Both the position numbers and the translations under genes were made by a program. A stretch of DNA of 63,174 nucleotides, counting the filler, from Sluysia triapertura (taxonomy: Eukaryota), in assembly GCA_046118255.1 (NCBI GenBank). It is 5 parts of 5 records of this genome, joined end to end, with 100 filler letters (N's around TTAATTAATTAA, not from the genome) between each part and the next. Parts side by side here need not be neighbours in the genome. Positions count along the whole stretch, not along the records: positions 11,988 to 25,531 come from JBJNIA010033711.1; 4 more parts are not named here. One strand, given 5' to 3'. The first letter of the stretch is position 1. Each line of letters begins with the position of its first letter. This document shows positions 11,888-25,631 of this stretch, piece after piece. A model generated the notes under the pieces. The model worked only from the letters and a program-made list of their open reading frames with translations, was not told the origin of the DNA and did no database searches.

Positions 11888-11987
11888 NNNNNNNNNNNNN
11901 NNNNNNNNNNNNNNNNNNNNNNNNNNNNNNNTTAATTAATTAANNNNNNNNNNNNNNNNNNNNNNNNNNNNNNNNNNNNNNNNNNNN
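11888..11987. other. Artificial contig spacer
   Basis: 44 N + TTAATTAATTAA (stops in all six frames) + 44 N. Confidence 0.97.
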
Positions 11988-12017
11988 CCGACTGCTCTAC
12001 CACTGAGCTATCAGCCC
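11988..12017 (-). tRNA. 5' half of a tRNA gene truncated by the contig end; anticodon missing (D-arm resembles tRNA-Cys)
   Basis: Reverse complement GGGCTGA-TAGCTCAGTGGTAGAGC-AGTCGG gives a 7-nt acceptor strand, a perfect A-box/D-arm (GCTC/GAGC stem) and the start of the anticodon stem. Confidence 0.75.
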
Positions 12018-14186
12018 CGTCTAACTTTTTCATTTTCAATATATTCAATTATACTACTTGGAACATTTTAGGCCTTTTTGCCCCAACATATTAGTCTACG
12101 TAAAATTGTGAAAAAAATTAATTTATGTAATAATAAAATGTTGACCACTGATGCAATAAAATACAGTTTAAGGCGTTTTATAGAATGCAATATAAATAAT
12201 AATAAAAACGAACCATCGACTGGAATCTACGTTCTGCTCTCAATTTTTCGAAATTACAAACATTACTTATCCGACTCACCGTTCTTCTCTCAATATGCTG
12301 AAATTTCATGCATTATAATTCGGTTTTACATTTGTTCTCAGCATTAGAGATTTCATAAAATTTGGCTCATCATTAACGAAAACATAGACTCTTACTTAAC
12401 GTAACTATCTTTTTACTCCAGCCCAAGCTAGTAATAAAATTCTTATCAAAATTTAGATAATTGGACGCTAGGACCACAGCTTTATTGATATATCCTACTT
12501 ATTAATATATCACTGTGTAGTTAAATTAAATTTGTTGCAAGATGTATTTTGTATTGTACTTTCTGATTTGGAAGTTAAATATAATTTTATATTAATTTGT
12601 ATTATTTATTTTTACTTTAAGATTAGGTTTAAAATTTTAAAAAGCAAATAATTTAGAAGATATAATAAAGTAGTTGATTAAGATAAATAAACTACTAAAT
12701 TAGCCTGAGTTTAAATAATACAAATCGTTTAAGAAGTTAGATCCCAACTTTCAAACCAATGCGGTGACTAAAATAAGTGAAAGATTTCTGTATAATTACT
12801 GGTGCCAATTAACTTTGTAATTTAAGAGTTCAAAAAATTAGAAATTAATAGCATAACCATTATCAGTTATATAACGATATAAATTTCAACAGCATGACCT
12901 CAGATTTCTATATACTGAGCAAAAAATAAAGTGTAAACCATATACTATTGATGCTAACACTTAGCATCAAGACTATTTTGTAAGTAGATTTTCGGTTAAA
13001 AAAATTATTGCACATCTTTCTCACTTATTTCTTAATCAAATGTTAATTAAGCACAAACTATTTAAGATGTTTTTGTTGTGTCCAAGCTTATCACTTGAAA
13101 TTTCAAATTCATCATTTCATACTTAAAATCATATTTCATAAAATTTCACATTTTCAGACTCATTAAAATTTCAGATAATCTAAAGCATTTTAAATTCACA
13201 ATTCCACAACATTAAAACCATAATCAACATCGAAAATCATCAAATGTTTATTTCAAAATTATTTTAAAACAATAAATCAAAATGGAACTTCATTCAACAT
13301 TACCAATTTTTACTAATTTCTTTTTTATAATTTTTATTTTTCACATTTTTGTTTCACAAGAACTTAAGGATTTATATTTTAAAAGAATTTTTATGTAGTT
13401 TTAATTGTAAGATAAGACAAATATGCTGTTATTATTATCATTATTTATTTTTATTTTATTATTTATTATTATTTGTGTTATTTTATTTTATTTTCATCTG
13501 TATTATTAATTACAATTCTATTATTTGAATTATAATAATTTTATTATCATTATAATTATTATCTTTGGTCATTATCATTGTACAAACAGTATTTTAATTA
13601 TTTCATGACAGTGTTAATTAGGAAATTCATGTATATACTGTCATCAGTTGACAGTTTTCATTGTTTAGAGGTGTGCAGCTATAAAAATCACTTGCTCCCT
13701 ACCTGGCCTTTGTTGTTATCTACCAATTTTAGTTACTTTTATATTAATTCCAATTGGCCGTTTAATAATATTCATTAGTAACATTATTTTCAATTAAACT
13801 CAACATCATACTAGATTAGCAAATCATACTATAATACAATTCTCGGCAAACTAAAGTTAGACTATATGAATTAAGCATAATAACCAATGTTAAAAATGTT
13901 GTAAAAAACGATTAATCATTGTACAAAATCAGTATAAACTTTTCGATAATCATAAATTAGTTATAATAAAACAAGTTTATACATTTGTAAATAATAGTGT
14001 ACTTGATTTCCTAAAACGATATTTGATAATTTTATCATAGACAATTTATTAATGATATCGTATCTTTAATTGATAATCATGTGTAACAATGTATCTTCAA
14101 CATCGACATCATTACTACTACAGCTACTTCTGAGCAGTTTATAAAACCTGTAAAATTACATAAAATTATTTACAAATACCAGTATG

Positions 14187-15008
14187 TAGAAACGCGAAAA
14201 GAATAGCAGTATTCAATGTTTATCGAATAATTCTACCATTGTTATCCACAAATTTCATTCAACAGGTGATAACATTATTATGCAGAGTAACCATAATAGA
14301 AATGATAGTACAATTATGAGTTCTTTACCAAACAATCAAGTTCATTTTAATAGTCCAAATTTCAGTGAAAACGATAATATGAGTATTGAAGAAAACATTA
14401 TCATATTAGATTGGATCTGTTAGTCAGTTAAACTTTGACGTGGCATCAGAATATCGATTTGTTAAGAACGTAGCACCGTTTTATGGTGAAGATTATACAG
14501 TTGTAAATATGAATGATAAATTTGATAATTGTTCACAAAATAATAATTTTAATGAAACACATTTCTCTAGAAAACACTTAGATTTCTGTCGACAACAATT
14601 AGTACCAATTCATTCAATCACAAGGTGAGGAATACTTAACATTAGTTGTATATTTTCCCAATATAAAACATAATTTTAAAGCAATGAAGTATGTCAGTAT
14701 ACCAAATGATCATGATTCTAATCCTCCATTTTCCACCAGGACATTTCGAATAATCGGAACAAAGACTTTTCTTACGTCTATAATCCCAATCCTGATAAAT
14801 TTGGCAATATGGATCAACCTGATGGCAAATATAAATTTCCAAAGTATGCACACTGTTCCATTTCAGGCTACTACATCGGTACAATGTGCGAAGTATGGCG
14901 ATCTGTGCCCTCATGCCCATGGTTGGAAAAAACTGGTTTCAATTTTGGAAAACTTTTATGATAGTTCAATTTGGTCAACCTGACTTCTTGTTAATAACTT
15001 TCATAAGG
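14187..15008 (+). pseudogene. Decayed gene with a CCCH zinc finger
   Basis: Successive open stretches broken by stops and frameshifts. C-AKYGDLCPHAHGWKKL at ~14885-14936 fits C.YGD.CP.AHG..EL. Confidence 0.45.
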
Positions 15009-16310
15009 TAAATTTTATTGCTTTAAAACAATTTCTCATTTTTGATTTTTATGATGTGTATTATAACTTTCTTATTTTAATTTTAGGATTTTATAAAACA
15101 TGACTCAGTACGTTCAAGTGAAAAGAATTTTCATAATTTTTAGGTGCTAAATGTTTAATAACCAATTTTATGTTTTGCATTAAAGAATTCGATAAAGTTT
15201 TATATATAAAGTTAATTACATTTAAGTTTTTCATAAGATACGATACTCCCAAAGTTTTCAAAGATTTTCCTGACGTTATGCTTTTTAAATGTTTCAAAAA
15301 ATAACGATGCACACTGTTTTAACGATTTAGTCATTTTGTTAATGAATATTTTAAAAGGTTTAAAACTATTTAGTAATGCTTTAAAAGATATTTCTGAAAA
15401 TTTAGTTATAATTATAATATTTTGAATTAATGTTTTAAAAAATAATTTTAATTATTTTTCCAGATTTTGTAAATGTTTATTACATTGTCTTGTTTTCTGA
15501 GCAGCTATTACTCTTCCCCAAAACGCATGTTATATAAAATTAAATATTTATTTTATTAAGGACAAAATCTGCATACATGCACTTCATAGTCATTTCACCA
15601 CAATATATTTGAGGAAACACTCAATTTACAATTCCTACTTTTATTGCACATTTATATTCTATATTATTAATTCTTAATTGTTTGTTAATCGTTTTAATAT
15701 TATCTTAAATAATAAAATTATTATTTATCTTAAATTATCCTTAAAGCACAATAAATTATTTGCATTCGTAGATAAACAGAAACAAGCCCAAAATATACAA
15801 TGTTTTATATTAAACAAACTAACATTATTTACATTAATAAATATAAATTAAGCCACACAATAAAGATCACATTGTTGAATAATACACCTTGTCGATTTGA
15901 TTATTTGTAGTATATCATGTTCGAACTAGGTGAGGTACTTCATAAACCTAGGTAAAATAAGAAAATTAATATCAGCAATACTAAGCAAATTATATTCTTA
16001 ACTATAAAATTCATATATATATATATATATATATGTACCAGAGCTTATAATAAAAGTAAATGTTTGTATGCAATTTCTTAATTGCACTATCATTTGATTC
16101 ATACTTTTAGTGATTTAACTAAAGCATAAATAAATATATTATAGCAGTATTAATACAATAACTAATTCCGGTAACTATATATCTAAACTACGTACACTAC
16201 AGTTTAATTTATTCTACAATTTACATACAATTTTCCTGCATCAAAAGATACAATTCACTAAAGTTTTTTTAGAATGGATAAAATTAGAATATTAAAATTA
16301 AAAACATGCA

Positions 16311-19300
16311 TTACCCATGTGAACAAACCTTTTTCTGTTCTTTGTTTTCTTTATTAGCCGGTAACCAATAAATACTTGGTTGAGTCAAAGTTTTTCTAAA
16401 TAAATCTTCAAGCTTTTTAACAGGGACTGGTTTCGATTCTAAATTATGGAAAATAAAGTTGAAATCATAAAACTTAGTATCAAATTACGTACTTCTATCG
16501 TTTGAATTTATCGTTATTTTATTGAAAACATTAATCAACACAAAATAAATTATTTAAACAAAACATCTTATAAAATATAAATATAGACAGTAGAGTTCTT
16601 AGACTTTGTAATAACTCTTTTTTGTTATATAATATTTGTATAAATTTAATATTTTGTTACTGCATACGCTATTTTGATGATCTCTACGATAGCAACCGCT
16701 TTCACAATACTTAAGTTACTTATTATATTAACGAAAATAAATTTGGAATTTGTACTTAATAAAGGAATTTTGATTAAAAAATCCTAACAAAATGCATTAT
16801 CCATAATTGAATTGAATTTTTTCGTCTCAATGTTTTGTAGTATAGAATCAAATATAAAATTGTTTTAGCTACTACTCAAAGATAAATATAAAATTGTAGT
16901 CTTTGAAATTTCAATAGAGATCGATAATTTCAGGTTTTGTAGACATATTGTAGCAATTACTTGATAAATTAATAATTTTCATTAAATCCACGCAATAAGT
17001 AACACTAATAAACTTGCATCTTCTGAAATCAAAAGCAAAGATATGAAACAACTTAAATCCGTAATAAAATAATAAAGTACAATGTTCTTTAATATTGAAA
17101 ATTGATATTAACCTATTATCATTTTGCACTTTAAATTTAAATTCTAATAAATAAAATTAAAAACATATACGCTTACAATGTTAAAGAGTTTAAAAAACTA
17201 AAATATTGACTTGAATCGTAAGTAAATGAGACTTCTAGAGATAAACGTTTGTACCTTATTGTCGCAATATAAATTTCATGCTAAAATTCTCATCCATTTG
17301 GAATCAAAATTTATATTAATATTTATATTCACAAATTAAAATTTTATTCTATTTACAATCTTGTAATAAATGTCACACCAAATATCTAAATTTTAGCCAA
17401 ATTGCGATATTAATTGTTGGAGTTAATATATCAGGTTTTATTTTGTTTTTAATTTATTTATGTTTTATATAAATATATGTAATTATTTTGTTTTATATTT
17501 TTATAAAATATTTTATATTATTTTATTTTATATTTATTATAAAATAAATAACACATTATGAGCGGGGAGGGTATTAGTAACAGCTATTATGTGCGATATT
17601 TAAATAAATACGAATATTATTTTGCATATCATCGATTTTTGCCAGCTACATATAAATCTAAATTTAATTTAAATAGTTTATTTGAATGTATTGAAAATAA
17701 TATGAAAGAAAATTCAATATGGTTGCTTACTGTAGATTTTATATAAATACAGGTAAAATCTTGCAGTGAAAAACCCCAAAAGAAAATAAAATTACTATCA
17801 TCCAAAATAAGAACCACGAATTAGTAAGTTAGCTTTTGATAAGTTTTGAACTTCTTATTTAATTTAAGAACTAAATTCCTATGTAACTTTTTTATTGCCA
17901 CGCTAGACCTTAATACGGCCAGTTCAATTTGTAAATTTAAAGCACTCTAGTGTTCGAAGTCTTTTCTAAACACTACATTAAATATTTTTTATTATAATTT
18001 TATTTCGCTTTGTACCACTTTTGATCAATAAAAGTTAGATTATTAAGTTTCTTTTGTTACATATTAAATTCTTAGCCAGTTTGCTAGACCATAATCGGTT
18101 AATTCAACTAATTAATCAATAGTTTAAATTAAAATCAGTTGTTAAGGAACACATTCCATTTTTCACGTGACAACCTTGACTGAGAAATTTGTGAAGTACA
18201 ATTAAGTAATTTACTTTCCAAAAAAGCCTAATAGGAGTCCTCGTACTTTGCAAGATAGTTTGTTAAAAAACAAAAGAAATATGCTAAATTGAATGCAGTG
18301 ATGTTATGAAAATGCAAATTGATTTAAATTTGCTTTAAAAACGAAGTTCTGCAAAAAAACCAAAGCTTGGAATGCCGAAGTCGTGTGATACGATGTCTTA
18401 CGAACTTCTGGTTTTGAGCTTTTACATTCAATAATGAATAAGTTTAAAGAAATATGCCATTTTCAAAAAATTGCAAATGGAAATTTGAAAAAACTCTATT
18501 ATACAATCCATTAGATAAAAGGGTTTTTCAGTCGCTCTGTTTTGTGTTGAAACAATATTCGGAAACAAATGTATAATAAAATAAGCATTTTAAATTGAAA
18601 TTGTATAGAAATAGTATGAAATCAAAATTTATAAACATTAAACAGTTGATTAAATAAGATAAAATTAATTTAAATTGAGATTAGATAGAAATGATATTAA
18701 ATTTTAATAACATAATATTCTATCAAAATCATTTTGAAACAAGATTTAGAATTTTAAAATTTTAATTTAAAATTTTATGCTAACGTTGAAATTAATTTAA
18801 TCTAAATTAATTGTAGTATTGCATTTTAATTATTCTACTTGAATAAATTGTTTTAACTTTCTTGCAAACTAGAGGGATTGAAAATAAAGTGATAAAATAA
18901 AATAACGTTATAAAAGTTGTGAAATATGCTTGTTATTAAATAAATCTTTCACGAATCGAGTTACAGTGTTGAAAATAAACCAGTTCTTTTTGTAAAGCCA
19001 AGTAAAGTTTCATCAAAAACTTGGATATAATTCGTAAAAGGAAAATATAATTCCCAGAGAAGATACAACCCAAATGAAATTTTCTAAGCAACAAAAGATA
19101 CAATCCATTAAACATTTCCATCTCGAACTGAGACATTAAAGATAGGTACTTTGAATCGAGTAAAACTTTTAAATAGGCTAAGTGAATTAATATTAAATAA
19201 CGGCATTAAATTATTAAATGATTACTCTCACTAAAAACATATAAAACTTCAGAAACTCAACGTAGAGCAATTCAACATAATGTAAAAACAATTATTACAG

Positions 19301-22044
19301 TGTAATGAAAAATTTCTATAATTCAAGTTTGGTTAGGCAAAAATTATATTTCCTAATCAACAGTAAAAGTGAAAAGCTTACAAGCATTTGATGGAACTAT
19401 GATGCATTACAAAAACTTCTAATTATCATGGGAACAACTTATTTGATTATATGCAAAATATCTTGCAATGACGAACCAATAAAGCAAAATTACGCACTAG
19501 ACAGAAATGAATCATGAAATTTTACTGCACCTAGCTTAGAGTCCAGATCGTGAGCCATCATATAACTATTTATTCAGAATGATGGTACATTTTCTTTAGT
19601 CCGCAGTTCACTTCTGGCATTCTGAATCACATTGTGAAGGAGTTCTTCGCCTCCAAATATTTCACATTTTAAATTTATTTTGATTTTTTTCGTGCAAGGC
19701 AAATATTTATTACCAACTTAATATTTTAACTGTTTATCAAAAATTTACCTTTTTCTTCATTTTTTTTCGACTTCGAATTAGCATCATCGTTAGCTTTTTT
19801 CGAAACTGGAGATCTCTTGCGCCGCTTCTCACTTGTAATATATTCTCGTGCATCTCTAGTTCGTTTGTTGTTACTCTTAGTAATATTTGCATCTTTTTTT
19901 TCAGAACTTCGCTTATAATGAATATCACGATTTGATTCAGTATTTGAAAATTCACTATTAACTGATTTACTGTTCAGTAAGTCTGCCGAGTTAACAGGCT
20001 TGGTATTATCGATAACAAAACGTTGATGACCTGAACTTGATGAAGAAACATTTAATAAATTAGAACTAGTACGATCTGAAGATATCTGTTGATGTTTGTG
20101 ATCACCTTGCTTTTGCATAGATTCCATTTCTTTTGCAGTAGTATAATCAACAGATAATAACTTTGGATTTATACTCGGCCATTTGCAACCATCTAATTTG
20201 TCTCGAGCACTAACAGCAAGACTTTCTGTTTTATAATGAACGTAAGCTACTGATTTGATTCTATTGAGCCAAACATCTTTTATGACATCAGCACCACTTA
20301 TTCCAATTAACATATCTTTAAGTTGATCTAAAGTAAATGGTCGCACTAGATTATCAATTCTAATTACAGGTGATTCTACATTTCTAGACATAACTGGTGA
20401 TTTTATACGAATTGGTTCTTCGTTTTTATAGCCCACTGCTTTAGTTTCTTTAAGCCCTTTCTTTTCGTAAACTACTCTTTTACCAAGTCGGGCAGTAATA
20501 GGTAAAACCTCACCTTCCTCCATTGCATTTTCTTCAGTCCTTTTTAAATTATCGCTAGCACTTTTATTTTCTGATAAATGAATTTTTGTACTAGTATGAT
20601 ATTCATCTTCTTTGTTTGAAACTTCAACTTTTCTACTTTCTAATTCAATCTGCGAATCTATGTAGACTTCATACATTTCATCGTTTTGTGAATTAGAATT
20701 CATGAGTTCTAATTCTTTATTAATATCCGTACAAATTATAACACGTGATGAATCTTCACTTATATTCCTTTCATTGTCATGATTTTCTATTTTTTCTGTT
20801 CTTTCTTGATTAGATTTTTCTGCAAAATCAGTTTCTTTTGTTGTTTTAAATTTTGAATTAATTTCATTATTTTCTTCTATATTATCATTAATATTGTCAG
20901 ATATTAAATCATCGTGCTTTACTTCCATCTAAAGTTAATAATTTAAATATATTAATTACCTCAATAGAATCTTCCGCCCTGAAAATAATTATTTTTCATG
21001 CAGTGTTAATAATGCTTTACATTAATCCTTCAGCTTAGACAACATACAAATTTAATGCCTTATACCAATATAAGGTTTTAATGAAATTACATAAAGTTTG
21101 ATTAAAAATAGTTAAATATACATTTACAATTTTATTTAATTTGCTTATTTTAATTAAATTAACATTTTAATGTCCACGTTGAAGGATTAATTTGTCTTTT
21201 ATATGCAATAGATTTAATTTATAACAAGTGAAATTAGTTTTCTGAAATATATTGTTTGGTTGTTAAAAAGGATTTCTCATCAAAAGGATTTTAATGTAAA
21301 AATAAAATTAAAATAGTTTAAGTATTGAATAAAGTTCAATACTTGCAAAATTTTTACAAAATTCAAGATTATTTCATAAGTAAATAAATTATTTATTTAC
21401 TAACGCAATTTCATCATCAGGAATGAGGCTTTCGTCATTAGGGGTGTCTAATACTAATGTATCGACAGCAGTATGCGATTCCGTTTGACCATCCATTGGA
21501 CCGTAATCATCCTAATTATTTTAATTATTAATAATTAATATCTAACTAAATCAACACTTCCATCATCTTTATTTGCATTTGATTCTGCCTCTACTTGCTG
21601 TATGAAAATAAATTTAATTCGTTATGTTCATTTTAATTTATAAATATAATTTTCTAACAGATTTTGATTCTTCTGTGGATATAACAACTCTCTAATTTTG
21701 ACATAAATTAAAAATAAAACTTACGCTATCATTCATTTCCGTTAGTGTATCTGAGAAATATAAATTATCTTCTATTGAATTAAACAGTACCTGTATCCTA
21801 AAAAAATAAAAATAGTAATATATATCAAATACTTTAATGTCTTCTTCATTATTGCGACTTCCTGCAATAGCCTAATAAATTCAATAAAACTGAATATATT
21901 CATTTATACTTCATTTAATCGCAATAAGAGTTCATTTTTTAAACCAGATTTTGATTTGTTTAATTTTTCTAATTCGAACTTTAACTCTGCAACTTTTAAA
22001 TCTGATGTTTTTCGACCATCAGCTAAAAATACTTCTTGGTCCAT
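16311..22044 (-). CDS. ACIN1: Acinus (apoptotic chromatin condensation inducer; ASAP/EJC-associated splicing factor), ~570 aa, 10 exons: 22044-21910, 21871-21833, 21797-21791, 21750-21725, 21691-21659, 21597-21547, 21511-21405, 20978-20960, 20928-19749, 16438-16311 (or donor after 16329)
   Basis: Exon 1 encodes a SAP domain (SDLKVAELKFELEKLNKSKSGLKNELLLRL). The large exon has the Acinus RRM (IRIDNLVRPFTLDQLKDML...WLNRIKSVAYVHY...RDKLDGCKWPSINPKLLSVDY). The last exon has the RSB motif (KKLEDLFRKTLTQPSIYWLP). All introns are GT-AG with compatible phases. The 3' end is uncertain: read-through to TAA at 16311 or a further exon. Confidence 0.93.
18560..18830 (+). repeat. Copy of the AT-rich foldback-family repeat (in the Acinus long intron)
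   Basis: GATTAGATAGAAATGATATTAAATTTTAATAACATAATATTCTATCAAAATCATTTTGAAACAAGATTTA matches 41065-41140. Confidence 0.7.
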
Positions 22045-23065
22045 CTTAATTTTTTAAAAAATTTCACAACAAAAATTATTTAAACAAACCGGTCAAATAA
22101 TAAAATACAATTATATAGAACTTATAAATACGTCAAATAATAATTATTTATCCAACAAAATATTGTTTTGGAGCAGTTCCAAAAATTTGAAAACATAATT
22201 TAGCTATCATACATTGAAGAGTATAATTTGTACAAATTATTATAAAAGGAATCTTTGGAAATTTTTTAACTTAAAATTATACAAATCACCAGAAGTTTTA
22301 CTTTTTATTTGAAGCACCTTGTTGCATAATTCTTTCCTTCGTTTTTTGTGTTTAAGGCTTAACAATTTAATTATGCTAATAAATTTAACGTAAAATCTTA
22401 CGATTTCATTTTCAGCAAACTTTTTAAAATAGTTTTATTAAATTCATTATTTTAAATAAATTGGATTTTCCGATTGGTCTCTGAAAGACAATCGATGTAA
22501 AGTTGTTAATTTTGTTTTTTTTCGTATTTATTTTACAAAACAATATTGAAAACAATTCAATTTTTTAAACTGTTTGTTAATATATATTATTTCAAAGTTG
22601 CTTTTGGTATTTTTTAACAGGTTACTATTGAAGTAATCTATTATATTAAAAATTATTAGTCGATCCTTTTAAAATGGATCACATATAAAAACCGACAACA
22701 AAAATCTGTAAATTATTTTTAAAGTGGTTTCGTTTAAACGGAACTAAACTATATTTAATTGAAAGAATTTCTAGTAAATTATAATTAAATTTTTCATAAA
22801 CGAGATTTGTGGTTTCTTTATATGAATCAAAATAAAATACTTAAAAGAGTTTTAATTTATTGAAAGAATTCTAATAACATTTAAAATTGTAGGGTTGTAA
22901 TTCTCAAGATTATAGTTAAAAGAATCAAAACAAATTATAAATTTTGGTTATATTTACTAATGGAGCCACAGTAAAATAACATACTTTACTTGTTATGCTT
23001 AAGAAATATTTATATATACATCATTCGAATTTGCCTTCAAAAAAATTATACCTTATTATTCTGTA

Positions 23066-23118
23066 AAATCCAACGAACTAGCCGTAACACGTAAGTCTAG
23101 GATCGTAAGTGAACTCAT
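23066..23118 (-). repeat. Fourth, most diverged copy of the hairpin motif
   Basis: Reverse complement TGAGTTCACTTACGATCCTAGACTTACGTGTTACGGCTAGTTCGTTGGATTT aligns to the other three copies. Confidence 0.65.
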
Positions 23119-24049
23119 ATATTGCATAAGCATTTCTCAATTTTTTACATTAATTTTAGAGAGATTTTTTAATTGGTCAAAAACAAACTTTGATTAAAAT
23201 AATTTAAGCGATAGTTTATAATTCCCACGACATCGAGAGGGATCTTACAGTTATTAAATTTACTACTTGATTGATTAATCGTAATATAATTTCTATGAAA
23301 TTCGGAAACTTAGACTGCCCACCTATTTATTATTGTCGAAGTAAACAATTTTAATGTGAGTAAAAATTGAATTTGCTTTTTGTTCAGTTTTACATGTCTC
23401 TTCTAAAATTGTTTATTATATTTATACTCAATTAACAATCCATTATCTTAGGTATAAAATATTTATTTTCTTTTTACAAATCCATTACAACTTTTAAAAT
23501 CCATTATCTTAATTGGTTAATGGAATTTCACCATTTATTATTATTGCAAAATATTTAATTCCATTCATTGCTAATGTAAACCATTTACATTTGATTTCAT
23601 TTATAATTGTAGTGATTCACTTAATAGTTCAAAATTTAATATTACCAAGTTATCCATCAACATAAAACAGAAATTCATCACTTGAACAATTGTTACATTG
23701 AGTAAATAATTAACCAAATGCATTAAATACATTCAACCCAATACATCTATACCATAACATAAATTCTTGAGTAGCACACTTCTTTTAAAAAATTGAAATA
23801 CCTCTTACCCTCACTTTTTCAGTTTTCTCAAACATTTAAATTTACCAATTGTTGATAATGATAATGATTAATTGTTATAGTAACTATCTTAGGAATTACA
23901 ACAAATTCAGCACTTAGTTTTGTTATATTTCTGTCTTATTTTATTTTTATACTTAACAACAGTTATGTATATGACTTCAGTATCTGTTATAATGACAGTA
24001 TTTGCCCTTAATTTACATCATCATGGACCCAGTCAAAATCTACTTCCGT

Positions 24050-25459
24050 AATTGCTACAAAGCCTTATGAAGCTTACAAATACTACCAATGTATCGTGCC
24101 ATCAAGTAACTTATTCTGCACCTAGCTCTCAAGATCATAAACATATTATTCAACATCGCAATCGAAACTCAGTTTCCAATCAAATAAATAATTCCAACAT
24201 ACATTATTTAACCAATGAAACCCATCACGCTAATCGTAAATTGTCTAATCTGTACAAGATATATATCTGTACTTTCTATGGAGAATATTACTTTATCAAT
24301 TACTGAGAAACAAGATTTGAAAGCAAATATATTCATATACTTTAAGCAAAATATTGTTTCCCGTTCCTTAGATCAAAACACTTCCTATAATCAAAAACCA
24401 TTAAGACAAACACATCACAATAATCGATCAAATGTGTCATTTGAGAAACTTCTTCGTGAATTGATAGGAAAACTTAAACAACAAAGCCGATTGTTTGATC
24501 GCAAATATGCTACTATGATTGAATTATCAAAAAAATGAAGAATTATCACAAATAGGTATCGCTATTGAAACTGATGATTATAATTCGATATATGAAAATC
24601 AACATATTATCTTTCCACAAGAAGATACTGTGAAAAAGAAACTAAAGATGCATGTGTTAAAGCAAATCCAAACCTGTTGAAGGCTGGTCGCGATATGAAG
24701 AGTAAAATCAAAGATTGGGTTCGAACTGGACGGTTAAAAGATCCAGATATTTCGGCTCCAACAAGTGCGAGACTTTTAGGAATACCTGGTTCTTCGGAAA
24801 TTACTTCACAAGATCGTGAAGGTAGTCAGAATGTTCGAGTTGGAATAAATAACAATATTCAAAAACAATACCAACAACTACCAGTAATTAGTAGCACAAC
24901 AATTAAATTGACACCGAACACAAAACAGCATAAATACTATGACCGCAGTTATTATTCTGTGTTCAGCAGTAATCGTATACCTTCATCTGATACGAGACCA
25001 GAAACAGCAGAGCAAACTACAAACATGGAATGAAATATTTCAAAGTTTATTTTTCAGTGTTTTAAAGCGATTGGAATCAACAGAACCTCAATAAGATCAG
25101 TTGCATTAAGTTTTATTAAATCGACATCAGATTATTTAACATTTAAAAGTGATCAATTTCATTGTTATCAATCACGTTAGAGTTTGGAAGTATGATTTTA
25201 TCAGCAAGATATAACTGATGATAATTATTCGTCAGATAATGGTATTGGAACATCAAGAAAATTTTATGGATTTGTATTATTAAGTATTCGTTGTGAAGAT
25301 AATATCAAAATTTCATTAAGACCTCAACTTAATTTCGTTAAATTTTAACAGATTTTTTTCTCCGTTACTAATGTCGGTCTAAAATTTAAATCTAGAAATT
25401 ATCATATTTTATATGATGATATTGGTATAATTCGAAAAACCGAAGACAATGATGTGTAA
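24050..25459 (+). pseudogene. Decayed coding region of unknown family
   Basis: Same-strand tiling ORFs (84, 107, 118 aa) plus a further stop-interrupted frame at 25060-25459. Confidence 0.4.
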
Positions 25460-25531
25460 AGAATAAAATCCAACGATAATTGTAAACAATAATTTCGAAT
25501 AAATTTAAATAATTAAAAGTTATTGTAATTA

Positions 25532-25631
25532 NNNNNNNNNNNNNNNNNNNNNNNNNNNNNNNNNNNNNNNNNNNNTTAATTAATTAANNNNNNNNNNNNN
25601 NNNNNNNNNNNNNNNNNNNNNNNNNNNNNNN
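25532..25631. other. Artificial contig spacer
   Basis: Identical 44N-TTAATTAATTAA-44N. Confidence 0.97.

Noticed and set aside
648-23118. Recurrent palindromic motif as a CRISPR repeat
   Set aside because: Copies are dispersed, in both orientations, with no regular spacers or cas genes, in a eukaryotic context.
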